From contig JAVKOQ020000019.1 of assembly GCA_031835245.2 (NCBI GenBank), forward strand, positions 124,001 to 188,000: a DNA stretch of 64,000 nt, given 5' to 3'. The stretch's first letter is position 1; every line of letters begins with the position of its first letter. Below the pieces are notes generated by a model. That model saw only the letters and a program-made list of their open reading frames with translations, did no database searches and had not been told where the DNA came from. A program made the translations under genes and the position numbers. Source of the DNA: Balamuthia mandrillaris (taxonomy: Eukaryota). Shown here piece by piece: positions 46,390-57,329 of the stretch.

Positions 46390-48288
46390 CTTAGCATTTT
46401 CAAACTCATTTCGTTATACTTTAAAACAACAAAGCAACTCTTATGCTGAACTTTGGAGTGCCCTTTAAAGACGTGATTGGTTTTGTGGAGCACCAATGCG
46501 ACGTCAACGAGTTGACTTCCTCTCACCGACTTTCTTTGACGGTACTGGTCCTTCTTTTTTGTTGCTGTTCTTCTTCTCATATGTTCTTGATCTGCTTCTT
46601 GTTCTTCTTCTTGTTTTTCTTGTTCTTCTTCTTGTTCTTGTTGTTCTTCTTCTTCTTGTTCTTCTTCTTCTTGTTGTTCTTCTTCTTCTTCTTCTTCTTC
46701 TTCTTCTCCTCCTAACTTTCATCCTTGTGTGCATAGGATCATTTGATATCCTCCAAAACGATGTTGGAAAAAGAGAAGGAAGAGCGAGAAAAGAAACTTA
46801 CCAAAGAGGCTTGGCTTAAGCAAAGAAAAGAGGTCTCTCCCTCTTAGCGCCCTTCTTCGTTGTGTCTCCATTCCTCTCATCTTTTTTTTTGAAAAAAAAT
46901 ACGTACAGGAATGGGCTCAAAAACAAGCGCAGCGTTACCGAAGAACGGTGGAAACCAAGGCGGAAGATCCCTCGGTAATGGAACTAGCCGGTCGGTCCTC
47001 CCTGTTACCGATGCCCTCACGCGCTACCTCCTCTCCAGGACCTCTTCGCCGTAACCAACAACTCACCAAAAGTGCTAAATTTCCTTCTTCTTCCTCTTCT
47101 CCTGCCTCCTCTCCTTCTCCTTCTTCTTCCAAAGATCACTGGAAGGAGAAACGAGCCCTCTCCAAAAGCCCCAGAAAGAAGAGCCCTCCGTTCATCCCTC
47201 GACTCGCCGGCAAGACCTCTCGTGAGAAAAAGAGAGATCGGCATTCTCCTCTTTCCCTCAGCACGCCGGATATCTCTCCTTCCTCCTCTTGTTCTTCTTC
47301 GCATGAGGATCTGCTTTCCTCCTCCTCCTATTCTTCTTCTTCTTCGGAAAACGAAAGAGACTCCACGGTGGCAACCATGTTGGACCAACAACGCATGAGC
47401 GTGGAGCGAAAGAGATGCCTCATCTCCATCATCCAAAACCTCGAAAGAAAGAGAATGTTGCCGCACCTCTTCTCCTTCCTCTACTTTGGATGGATGGGAG
47501 GTCGTTTGCGAGCGTCCATCATTCTGCCCATCGCAGACAAGGCAGGTGCTCTCCTTAAGATCCACGGCAACGACAGACATCACCGCCACCTTTCCGCGTC
47601 CTCCTCTCCTTCCTCCTCTTCTTTGTCAAGGAGCAAAGCTTGTTGGAGGGAGAGAACGTTTGCCCTGAAGGACAACTTTTTGATGTACTTTGAGAAAGAT
47701 GGGCAGCAAGTGGCACGCATCTTCAAGCTAAACGTGAAGTGGGCTGTTCGGGTTCGTTGCGGCTATGTCGAACGGAAGACTCATCGTTTTGTCGAAGAAG
47801 AAGAAGAAGAAGCCGCGGAAGGAGCAGCCGCGGACCATCCACAAAAAGAAACAACAGAACAACAAACAAAGAGATCAGACGATAACGACAGAAGAGCGGA
47901 AGGCGAAGAAGAAAAGGAACAGCGGTATTGCATTCAAGTGTGGATCGATGAGGATGGACAAGTGCCGATGATACTCGCCGCCAAAACGGCCAAAGAACAG
48001 AGGAAGTGGTACTCGGCGTTGCGGCAGATGACCCACTGGACGCTCAATCCAGCCATCGTCATCTTTGCTGACGATGACACGGAGAGCAGCTCTTCTTCTC
48101 CTTCTCCTTCCTCCTCCTCCGTTTCTTTTTCCTTTGCTTCCAGGCAACAGAGAAAAGAAGAAGAAGAGGAAGACAGAAAGCGGTTTAGCGGTGGCGACTT
48201 CGTACGAACAGGAACATATTCTTCCCATTCGACGGGCCGTCGTCAACCTCAAGAAGAACCAAAGGAAGAAAACATATCTCTTCTTTAA
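43154..48288 (+). CDS. Large low-complexity protein with SBF1/SBF2-like helical domain and C-terminal PH domain
   Basis: GRRLFTSSL..F..M..LM..AL....DYRTAKHVMHLSTTFYR..QEYL..IFWQE..FGQLGSY..MLNFGV (SBF2/MADD C-terminal-type pattern). PH: KAGALLK..WRERTFALKDNFLMYF..ILAAKTAKEQRKWYSAL. Confidence 0.7.
45921..46706. repeat. Two intronic (TTC/TTG)n microsatellites in the SBF2/PH gene (45921-46180, 46585-46706)
   Basis: Directly visible. Confidence 0.9.
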
Positions 48289-48329
48289 TGTTTTGAGTAT
48301 AATAAAAACACAATTTTGCTTCCTCTGTT

Positions 48330-50123
48330 TTATGTTGCAAGCTGTTCTCGTTCTCGTTCAAGTTCTTGCTCTTCTCTTTCTTGACGTAGCCTCCGTTCTT
48401 TCGCTCTTCTGTTCTGAAACCAGACTTGCACACGATTCAAGGAGAGCCCCGTCTCCGTCGCCAATCGTAGTTTGCACTGCCTTGAGGGAACGTTATTCTC
48501 TTCGAACGCCTTCTCGAGGATCGCCAGTTGCACCGCATCCGTGTTGATACGCTGCCTCTTTCTGCGCTCCTCGCCAGCGGAGACGAAAGACTGTGGATCC
48601 AGGTGATGCTCGTGAAAGAGAAGCTTTGGCCTTGCCCCTTCCATCGTTTTGCTGTTCCGTTTGGAGGAGTGCTGTTTCTTTCTCTTGCGTTCTGCCTTTG
48701 CTTGTTTGTGGCCCATCGGCTCGTTGTTGTATATTACAGTGGAACAAGAAAAGTCTGAAGACGATCGAGCCTCTTCTCGACCTTGTTGATAGCCTAATAC
48801 ACGAGCTTCATGAAACACATCATCGTAAGTACGGTACGGCGGTGGATGGTTTCGTTGAGAAGAAGATGGATAGAGCATTTCTTCTTGGGAAGAAGAGAAG
48901 CTTGTCCTATGATCTCTTTCGGCTGCTGTGGAATCTTCTTCTCCAGCTTCCAAGTCATCTCCTTCATCCTGTTCGATCCTTCTGATCAACATATTCAGTC
49001 TGTATCTTCCATCTTCTATGTCCTCTTCAGAAGACGGAAGTCTCGTTAGCACGTCTTTTGCACTTCTTTGTGGATAATAACGGTGTTGTTGATGCTGTCG
49101 TCGGTCGAGCAGATAGTGAGGTTCTCCTGGAACCCCACTGCCATCCACGGCCACGACTCGTACTCTCGAAGGGACCGAAGAAGTAGAAAGAAGTGGAGAA
49201 GGGCAAGGAGAGGACGAGGAAAGCGGAGGCGGATGAGGCATCATAGGAGGAAGAACGTCGTCTCCTTCGGATGCCAGCAAATAGGACGGGGGAGAGATTT
49301 CGAACAAAGAATGTGAACGACGGCTTCGTGAGGTTGCTGCGCTGGGATGCTGATCCGAGTGCCAATAATGTTGACGAGTTGAAGACGGGTTGTTGTGATG
49401 ATCAGAAAAGTTGTGCTTGTTCTCCATTTCATAATTGTTGTGGTCATAATTGTTGTAATGCCAGTCTATGGCATCTGGTTCACGCCTCCACCTGTGGTCG
49501 TGCTGCCAGCCATCCGACATGCTCCTGGCGGGTCTTGTTTGGAATTCTATTGCAGGGGGTGTATTCAGGGAGAATGGAAAGGAGGAAGAAGAAGAAGAGA
49601 TGGAGGTCGCTGTGGTTATGGTTGTTGCGGTCCCCGTTTCGTTGCCCAGAAGAAACCGTGATGGGATGGAAGAGGAGGAGGAAGAAAAAGATGTACTAGG
49701 GGAAGAGGAATGGAACCGAGGATATTCCTGCTGAAGAAAAAGGCTTCGTGGACCGGGGAGAAGCCTTCTTTGTTGTCGTTGAGGAGGTTGTTGCTGTTGA
49801 GCACGCCGACGATGGTGGTGAAAGTAAGAATGAATAGTAGGCTGAAAATGTTGTTGCTGTGGTTGTTGTTGGTTGGAGGTCGGAGCCACAAAAGAATCAG
49901 CGGTGGAGGTTGGAGGATATCCTCTTCTGTTGTTATAGGATGAAGAGGTTTTGGTTGTGGTTGCCGGCTGAAGAAGGGCTTCATGCCCAGCAGAGGTTGG
50001 AGGAGGAGAAAGCAGGGGTTTGTGCAGGAGAAGAGGGGCCGAAAGGGGCAGAGAAGAAGGAGGAGCCAGAGAGACCGGCACCTCCAACGTGGGCAGCGGA
50101 GCTGAGACGTTTGGTTGGTCCAT
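48330..50123 (-). CDS. Homeobox transcription factor (C-terminal Q50 homeodomain), intronless
   Basis: RRKRQRINTDAVQLAILEKAFEENNVPSRQCKLRLATETGLSLNRVQVWFQNRRAKERR. Confidence 0.92.
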   Translation of the reverse strand: MDQPNVSAPLPTLEVPVSLAPPSSLPLSAPLLLHKPLLSPPPTSAGHEALLQPATTTKTSSSYNNRRGYPPTSTADSFVAPTSNQQQPQQQHFQPTIHSYFHHHRRRAQQQQPPQRQQRRLLPGPRSLFLQQEYPRFHSSSPSTSFSSSSSSIPSRFLLGNETGTATTITTATSISSSSSSFPFSLNTPPAIEFQTRPARSMSDGWQHDHRWRREPDAIDWHYNNYDHNNYEMENKHNFSDHHNNPSSTRQHYWHSDQHPSAATSRSRRSHSLFEISPPSYLLASEGDDVLPPMMPHPPPLSSSSPCPSPLLSTSSVPSRVRVVAVDGSGVPGEPHYLLDRRQHQQHRYYPQRSAKDVLTRLPSSEEDIEDGRYRLNMLIRRIEQDEGDDLEAGEEDSTAAERDHRTSFSSSQEEMLYPSSSQRNHPPPYRTYDDVFHEARVLGYQQGREEARSSSDFSCSTVIYNNEPMGHKQAKAERKRKKQHSSKRNSKTMEGARPKLLFHEHHLDPQSFVSAGEERRKRQRINTDAVQLAILEKAFEENNVPSRQCKLRLATETGLSLNRVQVWFQNRRAKERRLRQEREEQELEREREQLAT

Positions 50124-51203
50124 TCTTCCACCCAATAATGATAACCAACCCAAAAAAAAAACAAAACAAAAAAGCAAAAAACAAAAAAGAGAAAGAAAGA
50201 GAGACCAACAGGCAAATAAATAAAGGCAAAGGTGGTTTGACGGTGTGGACCAGAGAACTAACGAAACAAAAAACTAAACAAAACTGACAAAACCGACGCA
50301 CAAAAAAAAAACAAAAAAACTATAAAGACAAACTGCAAACAAAAAAACGACCTAATAATACTAAAAAGGTTTGGCTGCCGTTCATTCAACCAAATGAGCT
50401 GCCGGTTATTGGTCGTTTCATATAAGCACGCGATGTGCTGATCGTTCTGAACAAAGGTGCAGGTCTCCCTCTTTCTTGTTTTGTTCTTCTGCTTCGTTTT
50501 CACAGCAGTAAAATCGGGTGTAGAGCAGAACGGCAGGCTTTATGCGTACACTTTCCTTTCTTTCTTTGCTTTTCTGGTTGTTGTGGGTGTTTTTTTTCTT
50601 TCGTCAGTGGTGCACGATGAAGCTTTCTTTTTTCTCTCCGCTCGGACTTTTAAGAGTTGGATAAATTGGACATAAAATGGAGATAAAAAAAACAAAAAGC
50701 AATAACCATAAAATGGCGTTGTGCACTTTTTGAAACAAGACCGCGTAACGATTCACAAAAAAAATGGCGCTATAGTAATAAGGCCTTTCCCGTCCTCCGC
50801 AGCGATACCGATTGATTGGAGGATGCTTTTATGGTGAGTCCTGCAAAGGCAACGCAAAGCGGTGCGTTCGTTTCCGCACATGCGCGATTTGGGTTTTGTA
50901 AAACCTGAAAATTATCTTTATTAGGAGGATCGTATCTGTTCGCCGTTTCCTTATTTTAGTCGAATTACTATCTTAAGACAGATCTAAATTTCGGCGAGAT
51001 ATCTTTGACTTAATTAAGGTCGTATAATTCGATTTTAATACATTATATCGGGTGATTGTCCATTTTTGGAAAAATTAAAGTTAATTTATTTTCCTTATTC
51101 AGACAATTTATCCTATACAAGATCGAAACGATAAGAAGAAAAAATGTCCATCGGCTCCGCTAGAGGGGCACGAGCGGCAGGGCATGGCGTCTATCTTTCG
51201 GCA

Positions 51204-52683
51204 TTACCACGGGATGCGCTGCTTGTTCTTGAAGAAGCCGCCGTTGCCGAGGTCCTCGTTGGTGGTGGCGAGCCAAAGGACGGTCTCCGCCCCTTGCTCC
51301 GGCGTTTTGGGCGCCCTGGCGGTGCCCAGGTCGGTGGCCACCCAACCCGGACACATGCTGTGCACCTGAATGTTGAATTCTTGCAGCTCGGCCGCCATGA
51401 TGCGCGTCAGCCCGTTCAGGGCCACCTTGGAGAGGCGATAGGAGACGTTCTTGCCGTTCATGGTTGAGAGCTGGCCCAATGTACTTATATTTTTTTTTTA
51501 AAATGTGTTAGCACAAGAACAAGAAAGAGAAGAAGCAGCAGCAGGAGGAGGAAGAACGGTAGCAACAAGTGATGACAGACCTTGAAACATTGATAATACG
51601 GCCAGAGCGTTGCTGCTTCATCAAAGGAACGATAGCCTGGCTCAACAAAAGCGGCCCGTATGCTGTTTAATATGGTAGTTGAATGTGCATCAAGTCATGA
51701 AATGTGGGAATGAAAATAAAATGGCTGAAGAGAAAGAAGAGTTTGGTAGGTCGTACTATTCGTTCTCATGACTTTATCGATGGTCTCGATGTCGATGTCA
51801 AGGAAGCTCTTTCCTGGATACTCGGTCATGATGCCGGCATTGTTGACGAGCACGTCACAGCGGCCGTATCGCTCCTCCAACCACGAGGCAAAGCTTTTGA
51901 CGCTCGCTTGGTCCGTTACGTCCAAAGGACAGTGAGCCACATCCAAGCCTTCTGCTTTCAACTTTATTGGGTTAGAAAAGGGACGAAGAAGAAGAAGAAG
52001 AAGAAGAAGAAGAAGAACAAGAACAAGAACAAGAACAAGAACAAGAACAAGAACAAGAACAAGAACAAGAACAAGAACAAGAACAAGAACAAGAACAAGA
52101 ACAAGAACAAGAACAAGAACAAGAACAAGAACAAGCACAAGAAGAAGAACGAGAACAAGAAGAAGAAGAACAAGAACAAGAACAAGGACAAGAAGAACAA
52201 GAAGAACAAGAACAAGAACAAGAACAAGAAGAACAAGAAGAATGAAGCAGAAAAAGGAGAGCAAGAAGAAGAAGCACAAGCACAAGAATGAGTACCACAA
52301 CAGCCACAAAACAACCAGAAGAAAATAACTCTTTTTTCAAAACAAGCGAACCTGCTGTTCCGCTTGCTGGCCAGCACCAGCGTCACGCGCGCCCAGCACC
52401 ACACGAAAGCCTTGCTGTGCTAACCCCTTTCATTCCTTGTCGTCACTCTCATGAAAAAACAAAAAAAAAGGAGGAACAAAGTGGAGCGAAGAGCGAGTGT
52501 GTGTGAGCATAGGATACCTTGCAAGCAGCAAAGCCGATGCCTTTGTTGCCACCTGTTTTTTTTTTTTGTTCAGAATAAATCAAAGATCACGCTCCACTTC
52601 GCACTGAGAAACACCAACAGCCACAGCCACAACAACGTACCAGAGACAGCAGCCACCAAAGAAGAGCGTGTTACTTGTTGCAT
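51204..52683 (-). CDS. Classical short-chain dehydrogenase/reductase (carbonyl-reductase-like), multi-exon
   Basis: Spliced MQQVTRSSLVAAVSG|GNKGIGFAACK|GLAQQGFRVVLGARD; LDVTD; DVLVNNAGI; GRIINVS; YRLSK; CPGWVATDL. Confidence 0.92.
51985..52240. repeat. Intronic (AAGAAC)n/(AAG)n microsatellite in the SDR gene
   Basis: Directly visible. Confidence 0.95.
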
Positions 52684-53235
52684 AATCCCTTCCCTTTGCT
52701 TCCTTCTCTTTCTTTGCAGCGCAGAGAGGAGGACATGAGCAAGGACAGGAGAGAATGGGAAAAAGCGAGGAGATTAGACAAGAGATTAGACATCAGAACA
52801 CACAGTGCATATATGACAGTGGATAGAGGCGAGGACATGAGCAAGGATAGGAGATTTTGGGTAAGACAGGACAGGAGCGAGGACGGATCATTTAACAGAT
52901 GTGGAACCGATGCAGGGGTACGAAGGCGGCCATTTGGTGTCCAGTTTTCCGCGTGACCTCTGCGAGGAACATGGGGAAGGGCAGGACCCCACCATGGCTC
53001 GAATCCCACAACTAAAGAAAGAAAGAAAGATAGAGAGAGAAACATTTTCGTAAAGGGGTTTCATTTGTAGTTCCCTCCCAAAGGTTTTAGCTTCTTCTTC
53101 TTCCTCTTTTTTTTTTTGTTCGTTTGCCTTTCTTTTTCTTTCCTCTTGTTTCGTCTTTCAACCTGTTTTTTTTTTTTGATTATTTTTATTATAACTTTTA
53201 TTTTTCTTTTCTTTGCATTATAGCAAACATTTACG

Positions 53236-56181
53236 ATGGAGAGTGAAGCTCTTCCTGCTGCTTCGACGGGGGCCAAGGAGAGGGCTCGCACACGCTTGCT
53301 GAGCTACTACCACCAGCTCTTTCCAGAGCTGATCGCGCCGCCCCAGGCGGACGCCGAGAACAACCACCGCTTCTTCTGCTGCCATCGCGAGGGAGAAAGA
53401 GGCGAGCCCTTGTTGTTGAGCCCTTCGGCCGTCTCCTCGAGCAAAGAGGAGAGGAGGCAGAGGGAGGAGGCCTTCAGGCTGAAAGCGGAGGAGCTGCAGA
53501 GCGGATGGGACTCTCAACCTGAGGTATGTTTTTTTTTTTTGATATTTTGGGTTAAAAGATTAAAGATTTTTTGGTATTTTTTTTTAATGATTTGCATTTT
53601 TTGCTTTTTCTTTTGTTTACCCTTTTTTTGTGAAACGGTTTTTTTATTTTTGTTTTAAGTTTGTTTTATTTTTATGTTTTATTTTTATTATTTTATTATT
53701 TCATTTTTCTTTCATTTTTATTTTTATTTTTATTTTTTATTTTTTGTTTTATTTTCTTTATTTTTATTTTTATTTTTATTTTTATTTTTATTTTCTTTTC
53801 TATTTATTTTTATTTTATTTGTTATTTTTTTCTTATTTTTATTACCGTGCACAATCAAGTTTTTCCAAATTTCTGGGTTTATCCGTATTTTCTCACATAG
53901 AACAAGTGGGAAAAAAAGTATTTTGGAAAAACTTGAAAGTGCTGGGTAATATTTGTTTGTTGTTAAATGCTAATTTTTTATTAAAACAATAAATAGGAAT
54001 TTGACTATGAGTTGGAAGTGGAGGGAGAGCTTCCCGCAGAGCTTCGCGGCACCCTCTATCGCAACGGGCCGGGCCTGCTGGAGGTCTACGGCACGCCTTT
54101 GGTCCACCCCATCGACGCTGATGGCATGGTTCGTTTTTTTTTTTTCTCGCCACTCTTCGCTCTTCTTCCTTTCCTCTGTCTTTTTCGTATTCTTTGTTTT
54201 TTGTTGCTTCTCTCTTGTATCATCGCCATTCACTCTTCATTCCTATTGCTTCCTTCTTCATTCTTCATTCTTTGTTCTTCATTCTTCATTCTTTATTCTT
54301 CATTGCTTCATTGCTTCATTGCTTCATTGCTTCATTCTTTATTCTGCACTCCTCTGTTCTATCTTCTCCTTGTTTCCACATTCTGCACCCATCTCATTCT
54401 TCATTTGAGTTCCTTTCGGCTGCTTCTCTTCCTTCTAACCGTGCTTACTTACTTGGATAGATCTGCGCGCTGCGTTTCGATGGCAAAGGGCACGTCCACT
54501 TTCGCTCCCGCTTCGTCCAAACCTCCGCCTTTCTCCTCGAACAAAAACACAAACGTTGCCTCTTCCACGGCATGATGGGCACCAAACCTCCTGCCACGTC
54601 TGGAGGTCAAAAGAAGATACGATACAAGAACCCGGCAAACACAAACGTTTACTTTTGGGGAGGAAAGCTGCTGGCTTGTTGGGAGAGCGGACTGCCTTAT
54701 CGTCTTCATCCAGAGACGCTTGAGACGATCGGGAAGGAGACACTGAGCGGAGCTTTGGATGAGGCTCGTTGTTTGGCTGCCCACTTTCGTGTGGACAGGA
54801 AGAGGGACCTCTTGGTTAGCTTCAGCCTGCAGATGGATCCTAAAATGGCGGGCAAGAGCACCGTCTACTTGCATGAATTTGATAGGGAGTGGAACCTGGT
54901 GCAGCAGCAAGCGCATCAGTTCGACCACTTTTATTATTGTACGTCTCTTTCTGTTTCGCTTCCTCCTCTTTCTCTTTCTCTTGCTTCTCCTCTTCTCTTC
55001 CTTACCTTTCCTTCACACACAAAAGGTCATGACTTACTTCTCACGGAGAACTATTACATTCTGCACCAAACACCATTCTACCAGCTGAGCAAAGCCAACA
55101 CTGTCAAACTCTACCTCGGCCTCAGCTCCCCTGGTGATTTGGTCCATTGGTACCCTTCCATGCCCTCCCGCATGATTCTGGTACCTCGCCGGCCCTCCGC
55201 TCAACAACTCGCTCGACCCGACAAAGGCATTCGCTTCTTCGACACCGAACCTTGCATCATCTATCATCATCTCAACGCTTTCGAACATCCTCCTTCTCCT
55301 TCATCTCCTCATAGAAAACAGATCTCCTTTGCCAGCTGTTGTGGCGGCACAAAGTTCAACATGAAATGGGACCACAAGTACTGGCTCTCCAACTCGAGCG
55401 TTGCTCCCAGCCGGGTCTACAATTACCTCATCGACTTTGATGAAGCCGGTGCTGAGGGATCCATCCAACGATGGCAGAGCGATCCATCCAGTTGCGAGTT
55501 CCCAACGGTCCATCCGGGCCTCAACGGCGAGCCCTTCCGCTTCGCCTACTTGATGGCCGCTGATGCTCCTCATCCCAACATTCCCTACCAAGAGCTCGTC
55601 AAGTTTGATCGTTTTCACGTATCTACTCCTTCTTCTTCGTCTTCTGCTTCTTCTGCTTCTTCTTCAAGAAGGCAAGTGTGGAGCGCAAGAGAAGAGTTTG
55701 GATTGTTGGGCGAGCCGGTGTTTGTGCCGAGGAGAGAGGTCCCAGCGGATGCTGTCTTGGGAGAGGAGGACTATGAGCAGTTGGAGGACGATGGCTGGGT
55801 CATCACCCAGCTGTTCAACTGCAGGGAGCATTCCACGCAGTTTGTGGTGTTGGATGCCAAAAACATTGAGGTATTTTTTCACTCTTATCTTATTTTCTTC
55901 TTGCTTCTTGCTTCTTGCTTCTTCTTGTTCTTGCTTCTTTCTTCTTCTTCTTCTTGTTCTTCTCTTCTTCTTCTTCTTCTTGTTCTTCTTCTTCTTCTTC
56001 TTCTTCTTCTTCTTCTTCTTCTTCTTCTTCTTCTTCTTCTTTCTTCTTCTTCTTCTTCTTCTTTCTTCTTTTTTCTTCTAACTCGTTTTTTTGTGCCAAG
56101 GCGGGACCAATTGCTCGCATCAAGTTGAAGCATCACACGCCATACGGCTTCCACGGCACGTTCTCTCATGAAGTCTACTAA
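53236..56181 (+). CDS. Carotenoid/stilbene cleavage oxygenase (RPE65/CCD superfamily), multi-exon
   Basis: ELRGTLYRNGPG; HPIDADG; KNPANTNV; four Fe-ligand His contexts (AAHFRVD, HDLLLTENY, YHHLNAFE, PYGFHGTF); EFPTVHP; GEPVFVPR; EDDGW. Confidence 0.92.
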
Positions 56182-56269
56182 ACTCTTTTTCTTCATTGTT
56201 GAGGGAGAGAAAAAAAAACCGTTGTTTGTTCGAAACACAAAAAAAGAAGCGAGTTGTGGTTTTTTTTTT

Positions 56270-57287
56270 TCAGAGCTGTTTGAGATGGAGTGCCTTGGGT
56301 TGAGTGAATGTCCGAATGCCTTCCACGGAGAGGGTGAGACCCAATCCAGAGAAGTTGCGACCTGGTTTATTCAAAAGAGAGAACAAAAGAGAGTGAGCAG
56401 ATGCAATGAAAAAGAAGAACGAGAAAAAGACAGAGATCGCTTACCAGACCAAGGAAGGTGAGGAGAAACCCTGTCGCAGCAGTTCCAGTAAGCAGTGCCT
56501 GCGTTCAAGCGGCTCAAAAGGGCCAAGGCGCGCTCCTTGTCTTTGGTGAAAACGGAGGCGGTGAGGCCGTACTTGGTGTCGTTCATCAACAGCAACGCTT
56601 CCTCGTCCGAAGATACCTTTTGAATTCCTGTTTTCGTATGATTGTTTAGAGATGAGTTGAAAAAAATCCAAAAAACATAAAAGAAAGGAAGAAAGCACAA
56701 ACCAATAATAGGTCCAAAGGACTCTTCCTTCATGACGTCCATGGAAGAGTTAACCTCAGTCAAGACGGTCGGCTGGAAAAAGTATCCCTTGGCAAACTCA
56801 CTCGTGGAATAGCGCTTTCCACCGAGCAGAAGTTTGGCTCCTTTACTCACCGCGTCCTGAACTTGTTTCTCCAAAAAGTCGAGTTGCTTCTTTTGAACGA
56901 CGGGGCCGATGTAGACTTTGTCTTCGAAGGGACCGCCGACGTGGCGGGAGAAGCCTTTGACTTCTTCAACGAAGTGCTGGAGGAAGGGCTCGTAGATGGA
57001 CTCGTGCACATAGATGCGCTCCACGGAGCAACAGCTCTGGCCGGTGTTGTAGAAGGCACCATCAGCCAAAACAGCGGCAGCATTTTCTGATGGAAAGAAA
57101 CGATGAGTAAACATTTCGGAAATGTTAGGTGAGGAAGGTGAGGGAATAAATTACTGATGTCAACGTCAGGGAGAACATAAGCGGGATCTTTGCCACCCAA
57201 CTCCAATTGCACTTTGATGGCACGAGAAGCAACTGCTTGGTTTATCTACCGTAAACAATTCATCAGCGAATAATAATATTGAGAGCA

Positions 57288-57329
<42 letters not shown>

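Noticed and set aside
52428..52517. SDR intron donor GTATCCTA as a U12-type intron
   Set aside because: One mismatch to GTATCCTT and no TCCTTAAC branch site near the acceptor.
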